From Octopus sinensis (Eukaryota): 64,000 bases of DNA. This document shows positions 12,026 to 24,510 of this stretch, piece by piece (the first letter of the stretch is position 1; each line of letters opens with the position of its first letter). The notes under the pieces are model-generated. The model was not told the origin of the DNA. It saw nothing but the letters and a program-made list of their open reading frames with translations, and made no database searches. A program made the position numbers and the translations under genes. Location: assembly GCF_006345805.1 (NCBI RefSeq), contig NC_043000.1, positions 31,062,001 through 31,126,000 on the forward strand, given 5' to 3'.

Positions 12026-13520
12026 CTTTTTTTTTCTTCTTTCAAATTTGCTTCCATTTCTTGCCAAGTGTCTTCCGACTCCTAGGGCAAAGAAACTCAT
12101 AGTATACATTGGTAGGCCATTAAACTAAACTCAATAGTTTGTTCATTTTTTTTTTTTTTAAGTTAAATTAAAATACATGGGTAGTAATAATTCTCACATC
12201 GACAATGCTCTTCTCAATACGTGTGATGTACCAGTTAAGACAATCTTTTGCACTTCTTGCAGGGATGGTAAGCCAGGGATCATTCTCATATAATTTTCGG
12301 TTCCCTTCTTGATCATTCCTAGTGCTCCTACGATCACTGGTATTGTAACCGCCTTGAGATGCCACATTTTCTCAATTTCAATGAGTAGGTCTTTATATTT
12401 TCTGAGCTTGTCAAACTCTTTCGCTGAGATATTATGATCACAGGGGATGCTCATGTCGATCAATAAGTAAACTTTATTGTTTTGGTCTTTCACAACAATA
12501 TCTGGTTTATTGGCCTTGATGGTTCGGTCTGTATGTACTGGAAAGTCCCACAGAATCGTTACATTTTCTCCTTCAGTTACAGCCTCAGGGTGGTGATTAT
12601 ACCACTTGTGGGCAGTTTTGATATTGTAATGCCGACTTATTAGCCAGTGTAGATATTGGCCAACTCTGTCATGTCTTAATTTATATTCCACTGGTGCTAA
12701 GACTTTACATCCAGAGATTAGGTGGTCCACTGTTTCAATCATGTCATTGCAGAATCGGCATTTTGGGTCTGCTCCATTTTTCATCACATTGGCCTGGTAG
12801 TTCCGGGTTAATAGGCTTTGATCTTGAGCAGCCAGGATGAAACCTTTGCTCTCTGCTTTTAGCCCTGAGCTCCGTAGCCACTGATGGGTTTGCTTCTGGT
12901 CAACATCAGCTTGTTTGCTGCGGGCCACATATTTGCCGTGCAGAGGTTTCTCCTCCCACCTATCAGCCAATTGCTCGTGCGCTTTTTTCATTGCCATTAT
13001 TTTCACCTTCTTTGCAACAATAGTTGCCATACTTCCCTCGGGTTGTTCAGTTTGGGTATCCTGCACGAGATCAATAGCAAATTTTTTGCTTTCCTTTATG
13101 ATAGAATGAAGCTTCTTTCGTCTCTCATGATTTTCCACGAGCTTTAGCATCCAGTCATTCGTTATTTCAAGATATTTGGCCAGTCCAATTGTGGTTGTTT
13201 TGTAAGCTAGTTCAAATTGGATCAGGTCTCGACCTCCTTGGGCTCTGGGAAGGTAAAGGCGATCTACGTCTGCCTTTGGGTGGTGCATCCTATTACAACT
13301 CAGCAGCTTGCGTATTTTCCTGTCTATATTCTTTACTTCACTCATATTCCAGTTCAACACATTGTAGCTATAAGTAACAACTGGAACTGCTAAGGAATTT
13401 ATTGCTAACACCTTGTTACGTGCAATTAGTTCAGATTTCAGGACTGCACGAACTCTCCTATAACATTCCTTCCTGATCTTCTCTTTCATGCTTGCATGCT
13501 GAATACCGAGAATGATTAAC

Positions 13521-13524
<4 letters not shown>
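12026..13524 (-). mobile_element. R4/Dong-clade non-LTR retrotransposon, 5'-truncated, 442-aa open frame (12194-13522)
   Basis: RLYLPRAQGGR, CCHC knuckle CRFC...HLISGC, RHD, restriction-like endonuclease KPDIVVKD...LIDMSIP...K..KY. Both ends abut (TAA)n, the target known for Dong elements. Confidence 0.92.
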
Positions 13525-13562
<38 letters not shown>

Positions 13563-13563
<1 letters not shown>

Positions 13564-14240
13564 TACTTCTAATCTGTATGTCTGTTACAAACACTTGCTG
13601 AGACACACCCAGTGTCCTGGGGTGAGTGAAGGATCAGAGATATTGCAGTATTACTGAAAGCTTGGAAACAGGGAGTGGCAGGGGCAATAGTGAAATATAT
13701 TCATGTAATACAATACAGACATTTAAATGCATAGGATTTTTCTTAGGATGTGGGCAGTACTTGTTAGTACAAACCTTTTGGATTTCTCTGTGTGTTGGGG
13801 TCCATGATCATGATTCTCTTTAGGGGACAGGTGAGCATCAGTTGGTTCTGTATCTTCATCCAAATTTTGCTCTGAAATTATGTCCCGGTTTACAGTCCAT
13901 TCGTTTTTGTCTCAGGCATGGAGCTGTTGTTGTCATCAGTCTGACTAAGGAGTCCTATCAACCCCAGTTTTAAATCAGAGTGTTCCTTCTCCTAGACAGA
14001 CTGTCAACCAAGGCTTGCGAGTTCCTTTGCTCTTTGTCGGGTTTTGTTTCTAACCCCACAGGGCATTGAGCATCCACTGTCCTCACCAAGCGAGCTTAGT
14101 GTGGTTGCCAATTTAGTCACTGACGACTTTTTGCAATACTACTTGTTAATCATTCTCAGTATTTACTTGTTCACTATTATAATTTCATTGTCACTACTAT
14201 AATTCCTATCTTATTATTTACTTGTTCACTACTATAGTTT
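13563..14240 (-). mobile_element. short, internally deleted R4/Dong-like element between two (TAA)n tracts
   Basis: Minus strand 13723-13790 reads EIQKV-(fs)-VLTSTAHILRKILCI*, paralogous to EVQKIVLTGTSHVLRRALSM* of the neighbour. Its 3'UTR runs into the (TAA)n at 13525-13562. Confidence 0.6.
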
Positions 14241-14460
14241 CACTATTATTATTATTATTATATTATTATTATAAGACCTAGAGGTCCTAATATTGTCTCC
14301 CCTGATTTCTTTAGACAACAAATGATGGCAGATTTATGGCTGTTGGTTCAGCTACTGATGATACTGTGGTGCTAAGTAGAATAGTGGGTTTGTCTACTAA
14401 TACAAGCTGTTTGATTGGACTGGTAGTTGACATGCCTGGCGGTGGAGTGGGGGTGGGCAG

Positions 14461-15098
14461 GAGGAGCATTGAAACATTGGACATAACAGCTAAGATATAG
14501 AAATTTATGAACATCTCAAAGTTTTAACAAAACTATGGTAATCTATCTATAAAACATCACATTGTATTTAATACAATAAAGGAATCTATTTATGGAACAT
14601 CACAGTTGTTCAGAAACATCTATAAACATCTCAAAGTTTTAGCAAACATATAGACAATTTCATTGTTTGAAGTAATAGAAAAGGCTTACACAGTTTTGGT
14701 GGGTTGTAAAATAGTCATCCAGCACCGAAAAACTGAGTGGGGGAGGAGGGAGAGAATGAAAGTGGGGTTGAAGAGGAAGCAGGTAAACTTGCCAAAATTC
14801 CAGTGTGGGGCAAATTTATGTATAGAAATCTAGATTTTTGAGAGGAGCATCGACACAGACATTGCATAGGTAAGATATAGAAATTCATGAACAACATCTC
14901 AATTATAACAAAACTAGTTATCTATCTATAAAATATCACATCTCATTTACGATAAAAGAATTGTATCTATGGAACATCATATCATAGTTAAAATAATCTA
15001 TAAACATCTCAAAGTTTTAGCAAACATATAGACGATTTTATAGTTCGAAGTAATAGAAAAAGCTTACACATTTTTGGGGAGCCCTAAAATAGTTATCC
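14461..15098. repeat. diverged direct duplication, ~260-bp units with ~381-bp period (14461-14720, 14842-15098)
   Basis: Both units begin GAGGAGCAT, share TAAGATATAGAAATT and AACATCTCAAAGTTTTAGCAAACATATAGAC, and end TAGTYATCC. Confidence 0.75.
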
Positions 15099-15124
15099 TA
15101 TCTTGTGAATGCTTATTATCATTA

Positions 15125-15686
15125 TTATGACTGGCTCCCATGCCAGTGGCACATAAAAAGCACTGGCTTGATGCCAGTGATCCCTGACTGGCTCCCATGC
15201 TGGTGGCATGTAAAATGCACTGTCCAAACGTGGCCGATGCCAGTGCCCCCTGACTGGCACGTAAAAAGCACCCACTACACTCTTGGAGTGGTTAGCATTA
15301 GGAAGGGCCTCCAACTCTAGAAACCTTGCCAGATCAGATTGGAGCCTGGTGCAGCCTAATGGCTTGTCAGTCCCCAGTTAAACCTATTTCTTTACTACCC
15401 ACAAGGGGCTAAACACAGAGGGGACAAACAAGGACAGACAAACAGATTAAGTCGAGTACATCGACCCCAGTGCGTTACTGGTACTTAATTTATCGACCCC
15501 AAAAGGATGAAAGGCAAAGTCGACCTCGACAGAATTTGAACTCAGAATGTAATGGCAGACGAAATACAGCTACGCATTTCGCCCGGCATGCTAACGTTTC
15601 TGCCAGCTCGCCGCCCTAGTCTCCAGTCAAACCATCCAACCCATGCTAGCCTAGAAAGCAGACGTTAAACAATGATGATGATGATT
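15125..15686 (+). mobile_element. RTE 3'UTR copy interrupted by SINE-B (15385-15615, minus strand, ~16-bp TSD)
   Basis: Direct repeat AGTCCCCAGTTAAACC (15369-15384) / AGTCTCCAGTCAAACC (15618-15633). Confidence 0.85.
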
Positions 15687-15977
15687 ATGTGATGAAAACT
15701 CACAGTTTATTTTGCTGGGTATGATGGAAAGTGTCAGCTGTCCACAGCCAGCAGACTAAGGTGACACTCATGTACTGGTCATGTTTCAAGAACCCCGGGA
15801 AGAATTCTTGCAGATCCAAGCAATGCTGATTTTTGTAGGTTTTCTATCTTCACACTTGTACCAATCTTTTTTCAGCTATGTTGGTAGTTGAGTGCTGATA
15901 CTTCCAAGCATGCCAGTCACTACTGGTATCACATCTACTCCCCTCATTGACCACAACCTTCCTGTTTCCCACTTCAA

Positions 15978-16262
15978 ATCATCATCATCATCGTTTAACG
16001 TCCGCTTTCCATGCTAGCATGGGTTGGACGAATGACTGAGGGCTGGCAAACCAGATGGCTGCACCAGGCTCCAGTCTGATCTGGCAGCGTTTCTACAGCT
16101 GGATGCCCTTCCTAACGCCAACCACTCCAAGAGTGTAGTGGGTGCTTTTTACGTGCCACCGGCACGGGGGCCAGTCAGGCGGTACTGGCAATGACCTCGC
16201 TTGAATCTTTTTACATGTGCCACCAGCACAGGTGCCAGTAAGGCGACGTTGGTAATGATCAT
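15978..16262 (-). mobile_element. RTE 3'UTR truncated copy
   Basis: (CAT)n followed by the reverse-complement terminal block. Confidence 0.85.
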
Positions 16263-16686
16263 TTGTTTATTTTTTTCTTCTTTCTCTTTTAATCCTGTTG
16301 TCACTGGACCATGTTATGTCAATTATCATGCGTGTTCTTTCTTTTCGTTTCACCACGACAATGTCCGGTTCCCGATGTTTGGTCAGGGGATCGCACTGAA
16401 TCCTTGTATTCCACAGGATTTTGCAATTCTCATTCTTGGTGACCCCTTCTGGAGTTTTCTCATACCATGTCTTTGCTCTTTGTAGGCTTTGATTTCCACA
16501 GGCCACCCAATGCATCACTCTTGCCACGTTGTCATGCCATCTTTTGTATTCATGTTGTGCCAGTTTTGGGCATTCTCTAATAATGTGCCATACCATTCCA
16601 CCACCTCTCACCACACGTTCTGCATCTGTTGCTGTTGGTAGTATTGCCTATTCTGCTCTTCACATAGTTGTCCTTAACGTTTGTTC

Positions 16687-16688
<2 letters not shown>
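16262..16688 (-). mobile_element. R4/Dong fragment of a different subfamily (CCHC + RLE), 5' end at (TAA)n
   Basis: CRTC...WHIIRECPKLAQHEYKRWHDNVAR...EPDIVVV...IIDI. (TTA)n lies at ~16688-16737. Confidence 0.8.
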
Positions 16689-16737
<49 letters not shown>

Positions 16738-16808
16738 TTTGCTCTTTCAAAAGTTATTTAAAATATATCAGTCAACTAATGACAGAAATTAATATTTTAT
16801 TAGCTGTA

Positions 16809-16854
<46 letters not shown>

Positions 16855-16979
16855 ACGCGTGCGTGCGTGCGTGCGTGTGCATGTATATATAATCATATCA
16901 AAGGGAAATGGAAATTAATTAAAATTTGCATTTCCAGTGGTCTGACGTGTAAAACAATTTAGTCAAAAAGACTATATAT

Positions 16980-17155
16980 TAGTCATACGATATAGTGTAT
17001 ATTTAAACACATGAGGAATCCACTTATAGGGATTCCACACGCTAGAAAGAACAGCTAGGTTTTGTGGTTATAGAACCTAGCTGTTCTTTCTAGCGTGTGG
17101 AATCCCTATAAGTGGATTCCTTATGTGTTTATATATACACTATATCGTATGACTA
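16980..17155. repeat. near-perfect palindrome, 82-bp arms, 12-nt loop
   Basis: 16980-17061 is the reverse complement of 17074-17155 with 2 mismatches; the inner 48 bp are perfect. Confidence 0.95.
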
Positions 17156-17158
17156 TAA

Positions 17159-17214
<56 letters not shown>

Positions 17215-17225
17215 ATATATATAGT

Positions 17226-17400
17226 AGGCGCGGGCATGGCTGTGTGGTTAGGGAGCTTGCTTCCTAGCTGCATGGTTTCGGGTTCAGTCCCACTGCATGG
17301 CACTTTGGGTAGGTGTCTTCCACTATAGCCCCGAGCCGACTGGAGCTTTGTGATTGAATTTGGTAGGTGGAAGTTACTGCCGTGTGTATATGTGTGCGTA
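17226..17400 (+). mobile_element. SINE-C head next to (TA)n
   Basis: GGCGCGGGCATGGCTGTGTGGTT...GGTTCAGTCCC head, showing A/B-box-like motifs. Confidence 0.8.
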
Positions 17401-17799
17401 TAGCTGCTCAGTGCCTCTCCGAAAGAGAGAGAGGGATAACCTGTATCAACAAGATATTTGGATGTTGTACACTGCTGGTCACACTGTCTCCAATTGTTTC
17501 TTGGCTGTGTCATTCTTTTCCATCTTGGCCTGAATCATTTAACTAAATTGTCTTCCCATCATTGTAGAGACCTTCCAATTGGCCTTTTCCAATCTCTTGC
17601 ATATCACTTGGTGGCTGCATGGGTCAACCTGTGTCTGTGAATCTTACATTGTGTCCAGCACAGTGGGACTTTTGCTTTTGGTATTTTGTGATCATGTTCA
17701 CTGCACTCTGTTCTTGAATTACTTCATTTTGGATTTACTTTTACACTGAGTATTCCTTCTGACCAAATTCCATTTGGCATTATGCTGTGCTTGTGAAGA

Positions 17800-18050
17800 A
17801 GCCCCATCAAGCCAAGTAAAACCGCAGTCGTGGCAGATACCGGTATCATGCTAATGGCACCTGTGCCAGTGGCACATAAAAGCACCCATCACACTCTTGG
17901 AGTGGTTGGCATTAGGAGGGATATCTAGCTGTAGAAACCATGCCAAAACAGACTGGAGTCTGGTGCAGCCCCCCAGCTTGCCGGCCCTAGGCAAACCATC
18001 CAACCCATGTCAGCATGGACATCGGATGTTAAATGATGATGATGATGATT
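17800..18050 (+). mobile_element. RTE 3'UTR truncated copy
   Basis: Terminal block and GAT tail. Confidence 0.8.
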
Positions 18051-19265
18051 ACCACCTGCGTATGTCTCTGTACCACCAACACCCAAATGAGTCCACAAAG
18101 AGGGACCCACTCTGCTGTCAATCGACATGTAAGAAATAGCCAATTCTCCGTCGAGCCACACCCAACTATCTTAGAAAGAACTCCTAATACATTCAATAGG
18201 TATGTTGGCCTAAATGCATTTATGATTGTTTGACCCTTACAGTGATATTCTTGGCAGGAATCTTTTCATGGCCCTTTGCTTTGTTGTCAATGTTTTTCCA
18301 TCTTCATAGTAGCCAACATCTCACTTGTATATATATACACCTTGGAATAAAATGTTTTTGGTAGTGTACAGAACTGTATATCAATAATATGGATATGTTA
18401 GTCAGAAGAAATGGAATTGTTTATCATTATTTAATGTCCGTTCTGGCATGGGATGGTTTGACCAGAGCTGGTAATCTGAGGGGCGGCATCAGACTCCAGT
18501 CTGACTTGGCATGGTTTTTTCGGCTGGGTGCTCTTCCTTAGCTTAATTTCATATACAGATACAGAAAATTTTCAAATTTTTCCAAAGAAATGAGGTAAAG
18601 CAAAATATTTACTATATTTAAGAATTTGTAGAGGTTCAAGCATTCTCAAGATTCTTAGATCTAATGATGTAGATATTTCCATTTCCTTGGAAATTTTTGA
18701 CAATAGATGATATACAAATAGACCGAAGAAACAATTCCTTTGTTTCTCATACATGCTTGTGCCCACACACACACACTTTCTCTTAATGTCTGGGGTCTTT
18801 TAAATCCCCTAAGAGATTTTGCTATATGTATAACAAACACATGTAAAAACTACAACCTGCTAAAGTGTATTTTTTTTTAGTGACAAGAAAGAATGAAGTC
18901 CTATCAAAGTTCTTATATATGTCTATGAAGATGTTACATTCTTGATGCTATTTTCAAACTTGATTTGTAGTATGTTGCTAGTTAATACAAAACAAATTGT
19001 AGTTATATGTACAATGCATTTTCCACTGAATCATGACGGTAAATTTGAAGATAACTTTACAAAATTTGAAAAGGTACAAAACAAATTGAATAAAAATGCA
19101 TCAGTGTATGTCTCTTTGGTAACTTCAACCTCACTAATGTTAAATGGCCTGAAGAGCACAATACTTTTGAGAATATTTACTGTATGAGCAAAGGCAAGCA
19201 GAATCTCAGCATGGCCTTTCTAAAAATGTTGTTCATGAAAGAAATAATACTCTGTCCTATTTATA

Positions 19266-19439
19266 GGCGTAGGAGTGGCTGTGTGGTAAGTAGCTTGCTT
19301 ACCAACCACATGGTTCGGGGTTCAGTCTCACTGCGTGACACCTTGGGCAAGTGTCTTCTACTTTAGCCTCGGGCCGACCAAAGCCTTGTGAGTGGTTTTG
19401 GTAGATGGAAACTGAAAGAAGCCTGTCGTATATATGTAC

Positions 19440-19512
<73 letters not shown>

Positions 19513-19761
19513 ATATATATATATATATTATATATATATATATATACTCTTTTACTCTTTTACTTGTTTCAGTCATTTGACTGTGGCCATGCTGGAGCAC
19601 CGCCTTTAGTCGAGCAAATCGACCCTGGGACTTATTCTTTGTAAGCCCAGTACTTATTCTATCGGTCTCTTTTGTCGAACCGCTAAGTGACGGGGACGTA
19701 AACACACCAGCATCGGTTGTCAAGTAATGCTAGGGGGACAAACACAGACACACAAACACAT

Positions 19762-19805
<44 letters not shown>

Positions 19806-19967
19806 GGCAGGCTTCTTTCAGTTTCCGTCTACCAAATCCACTCACAAGGCATTGGTCGGCCCGGGGCTATAGCAGAAGACACTTGCCCAAGATGCCACGC
19901 AGTGGGACTGAACCCGGAACCATGTGGTTGGTTAGCAAGTTACTTACCACACAGCCACTCATGCGCC

Positions 19968-20010
<43 letters not shown>

Positions 20011-20232
20011 CATACATATATATCTGCGTGTGGGTGTCTGTTTGCGCCCCCCCCCAAACATCGCTTGACAACCGATGCTGGTGTGTTTACATCCTGTAAC
20101 TTAGTGGTTCGGCAAAAGAGACCGATAGAATAAGTACTAGGCTTACAAAGAATAAGTCCTGGGGTCGATTTGCTCGACTAAAGGCGGTGCTCCAGCATGG
20201 CCACAGTCACATGACTGAAACAAGTAAAAGTG
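19266..20232. mobile_element. SINE-C (+) with a complete SINE-C (-, 19546-19967) nested in its internal (TA)n
   Basis: Order on + strand: head(+), (TA)n, tail(-), head(-), (TA)n, tail(+). Confidence 0.9.
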
Positions 20233-20799
20233 TAAGGGCAATAACATTTTAGATCTGTTTCACAAATCATACATAACTCGTCCATAATGTAAACAACAAT
20301 TCTCTCAGTGCATAACATAGTAGAACTAACAATGTATAGTCCAAAGGACACTGTACCCTACAAACAGGATTTGAATTGTATCCAGCCGTAACAGAACTAG
20401 TCTGAAAATCTCTCAATGCAAGACATTGCCTGGAAACTTTGTCATTACCATACAAGTTGTGTTGTTCGTTTCCAGTATTCTGCAATAACAGTCTGGTTTT
20501 GGGGAAATATTACCTTGCTTGGAAACAAGTAAGGGTTGGTGACGTGAAAGGCATCTAAGCAGTGAAAATATTTGCTTTAATAAGCTGTCTCACCCATGCA
20601 AGCATGGAAAAGTGGATTTTAAAATGACGATAATGATTTCTTGTAATTATTTTTTTCTAATCAATTTCATTTTTAAACCAATAGTTTGTCTTTTTTTTTG
20701 TAATTTATGGAAATGAGGTGGAGTTCAAGACATTTGGCTTTTGGAACTATTTAGTTGAATATTTTACCTAATGCTTTTTTTTTTCCTTCTGAGAATGGA

Positions 20800-21146
20800 A
20801 ATCGAAATCGAAATCCATCAAAAATCAATGGAAATTGTAGTTGTGATACCAGTGCCGGTAGCATGTAAAAAGAATCATCCGAACATGGCCGTTGCCAGCG
20901 CCTCCTTGCCAGTGGCACGTAAACAGCACCAGCTGATCATGGCCGTTGCCAGCCTCTCCTGGCATGTAAAAAGCACCCACTATACTCTTGGAGTGGTTGG
21001 AGTTAGGAAGGGCATCCAGCTGTAGAAACACTGCCAGATCAGACTGGAGCCTGGTGCAGCCTCCTGGCTTCCCAGACCTTGGTTGAACCGTCCAGCCCAT
21101 GCTAGCATGGAAAGCGGACGTTAAACAATGATGATGATGATGATGA
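20800..21146 (+). mobile_element. RTE 3'UTR truncated copy
   Basis: Minisatellite units, terminal block, GAT tail. Confidence 0.85.
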
Positions 21147-22439
21147 ATGGTATAATTTCCCCTTTTTTTTCCTCTCTCAGACTATATAAGCATCTGATCA
21201 TGTGGATTAAACATATTTCTTCCTATTGGACTATTCTGTGTGCAGCATGTGTGAATTTCTAGTCTCTTGTCATTTGGCTATTTGTTATTTAGTTTCAACT
21301 AGGTTGGCTGACATTCATTTATTTAATTTTGACATTTACAATCGTTATTATTTATGAGTTATTGCTGCTGTCATTTCTACTATCTTGACAGATTGACAGT
21401 AACAGGCCACATATCTATGAGACTTGGTTTTTGATTTGCTTTTTAATTTACATTTCTTTTGCTGCAATCTGAACACTTTCTGAAGCATATTTTGGTGCAA
21501 TTGTTTTCACAGTTTCATGTATTCTGTAATGCTAACCAATTTTGAAATAGAAACATCTATTTTTGACTAGGCTTTATACAACAGCCACACTGATGCAACG
21601 CTTAACCAAGGTACATTACTCTGCTTATCTTGTTTTGCCCAGCTGAAAACATCAGCATTTCTATGTTGTATCTAAAGAATAAAGAAAGGAAAAAATATTT
21701 TACTGCTATAATCTCTATGGAAATATCTATAACTATATTTATTCAGCTAGTCTAGTATAGAAAAGTGGGTGTAAAAACCAAGTTAATGTTTAATTATAAA
21801 TATTATTGTCCAATCAGATAAATATCCATGCTTCTGTATTGGCAGGTCTTAGTGAAAGCTATTGAACAAATTGAAATTTAACTCCAGAAATTTACTGAGA
21901 GATAAAACGAGCTGTGCGCATGCACACACACACACACACACTCACACACACACACACCACACACACACACACACCACACACACACACTGTCATCATTATC
22001 ATCATCATTATCATCATCATCATCACCATCATTTAACGTTCATGTTCTATGAAGCATGGATTTGATGGTTTGACAAAGATCTGATTAGTCCAAGGACTGC
22101 ATTGTGCTGCTCCAGTGTCTGCTTTGGCATGGTTTCTATAGTTGGATGCACTTTCTAATGCCAACCACTTTACAGTGTGTGCTGCGTGCTTTTTTGTGCC
22201 ACCAATACTATTGAGATCACCATGTAGCTTGCAACACCTGAGGAGGAGAGTGTTGTATCCTTATGTTCTGTGGGGGTTAAGGTATGTTAGAAGCAGTTGG
22301 TGTAGAGCAGGTTCTTGTTGCAGAGAAGTACATGGTTGCTCGTATTAAGGAGAGTGAGTGAAAATGAAGTCGAGGTATCTGCAAAGAGATATGGTGATGA
22401 TGTGTACGGGTGGCACCACAAGTAGGTGGGTGGGGATTT

Positions 22440-22783
22440 GCAAGTCGTGCCAGTGGCACGTAAAAAGCACCAACTGATCGTGGCCGTTGCCAGCCTATCC
22501 TGGCACCTGTGCCGGTGGTACCTAAAAAGCACCACCTCGACTGGCTTCTGTGCCGGTGGCACGTAAAATCCACCAACCGATCGTGGCTGTTGCCAGCCTC
22601 GTCTGGCACGTATAAAGCACCCACTACACTCATAGAGTGGTTGGCGTTAGGAAGGGCATCCGGCTGTAGAAACACTGCCAGATCAGACTGGAGCCTGGTG
22701 TAGCCTCCATGGCTTCCAGACCCCGGTCAAACCGTCCAACCCATGCTAGCATGGAAAACGGACGTTAAACGATAATGATGATG
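22440..22783 (+). mobile_element. RTE 3'UTR truncated copy
   Basis: Minisatellite units, terminal block, GAT tail. Confidence 0.85.
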
Positions 22784-23169
22784 TATGGGGGAAGAGATAG
22801 GGGAAATGGGAGAGAGGAAGATAGGTAGGCAACTTCTGTAAAGATTGGGAAGGGATGATTGGGTGGGGGTGCACGATTTGGGGAGACTGGAAGAATGCTA
22901 GCGAAAGGGTTGTAATGAGAAAACTGTTGATGCCAGAGAGATGATATGTTTGGGTAAGCTGCAGGAATGGAGTACAGAGATAGATATGGGTTGAGGCAGA
23001 TTTACTACAGCTGGATGCCCTTCCTGTTGCCAACCCTCACTTGTTTCAAGGCAAGTTAGTATTTCCTCATAGCCAGACATGTTTTTTGCAGAGTTTTGGA
23101 AATGGATAATGCTGCTTGTATGACAATATCATGTAATGTTAAGACAAGAAATTCCCCTCTGCCCCATGC

Positions 23170-23590
23170 ACACATTCATATATGCATGTGTGTGCGTGAG
23201 TGTGTGTGTATATATACCTACACAAACTTCTTTCACTTTTCATCTGTCAACTTCACTCACAAGGTTTTGTTCAGCCTGAGAAGTAGAAGACGCTGCGAAC
23301 TGGCAGAAACGTTAGCACGCCGGTCGAAATGCTTTGTAGTATTTCGTCTGCCGTTACGTTCTGAGTTCAAATTCCGCTGAGGTTGACTTGCCTTTCATCC
23401 TTTCGGGGTCGATAAATTAAGTACCAATTACGCACTGGGATCGATGTAGTCGACTTAATCCGTTTGTCTGTCCTTGTTTGTCCCCTCTGTGTTTAGCCCC
23501 TTGTGGGTAGTAAAGAGATAGGTATGTGCAGTGGAACTGAACCAGGAACCATGTGATTGAGAAGCAAACTACTTAACAACACAACTGTGT
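23170..23590. mobile_element. SINE-C head (-) interrupted by SINE-B (+, ~23292-23520)
   Basis: SINE-C sequence resumes as GCAGTGGAACTGAACC after the SINE-B tail. Confidence 0.75.
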
Positions 23591-23601
23591 CTGTTATGAT
23601 T

Positions 23602-23644
<43 letters not shown>

Positions 23645-24019
23645 GTAGTTCAGGCATGTGTGTGGTTAAGACGTTCTCATTTCAAGTACATGATTCCAGG
23701 TTCAGTCCCATTGCGTAACACCCTGAGCATGTGTCTTCTACTATAGCCCTAGTTGGACTAATATTTTGTGAGTTAATTTGCTTGAAGAAGGTTCTCTGGG
23801 AACCTTGTGTGTGTGTGTGTGTGTGTGTTTGTGTGAATGTTTACATTCTGTGCATTGAACGAGAAATCACTTTACTACAAACAGTGATGTTTATTGACAT
23901 TTCCTTGTTAACAAATTGTTGGGTAGATCTATATATTCCAAGACGAGGTGAATGGAAACTCCTTTATCTGAAGAGCAGGTAAGAAATAGCTACAGCCACA
24001 GACCGACCAAATCTGTGGT

Positions 24020-24510
24020 TGGTGCAAGGTTCCAGCTTAACAAGGTGATGTGGTGGGGATGGAACTATGTGATAGAGAAAGCCATTAAGACAGTGAGTCC
24101 GGCTTGGAACGGCTGAAAGACTAAAGGGGACAACTGAGAAGTTAGATGATAGGTTTACTTAGCAACAGGAGAAGTAGAATGAGTTCTGTGAGTAGATCAG
24201 TTCTTTGTCTCCTCCTCTTCATCATAGTCCACCAAGAGTTTAAGTCTGGGTACTCATAGAAAAGTCTTTATGCTGATAACTTCATTCTTATTCCTCAATC
24301 TATTGTAGAATTGGCAAAGAAATTTTGGGTGTGGAAGCAAAACTTGTTATGGAAGGGCCTCAAAGTTAACTTAACAAAGAATAAAGTTTTAGTAAGTAGC
24401 AAAACAGACAGGACTGTACATCGATCATGGAAATGATCTTGTTTGATTTGTAGGAAAGGAATTGGTAGAAATTCTATGCAGTGTTGCCAGTGCAAACTGT
24501 GGACACATAA
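24020..24510 (+). mobile_element. old RTE RT/PHD fragment
   Basis: YADNFIL remnant and ICRKGIGRNSMQCCQCKLWTHK. Confidence 0.65.

Noticed and set aside
19358-20099. ORFs rich in YIYI/CVCV/HTHT/LLLL
   Set aside because: They are translations of (TA)n, (TG)n, (CA)n and (TTA)n microsatellites.
21571-21610. Possible extra ECT2 exon (tag|GCTTTA...CCAAG|gtacat)
   Set aside because: It is 40 nt (frameshifting), has a weak donor and shows no ECT2 similarity, and exons b and c already join in frame. RNA-seq would be needed to call a poison exon.
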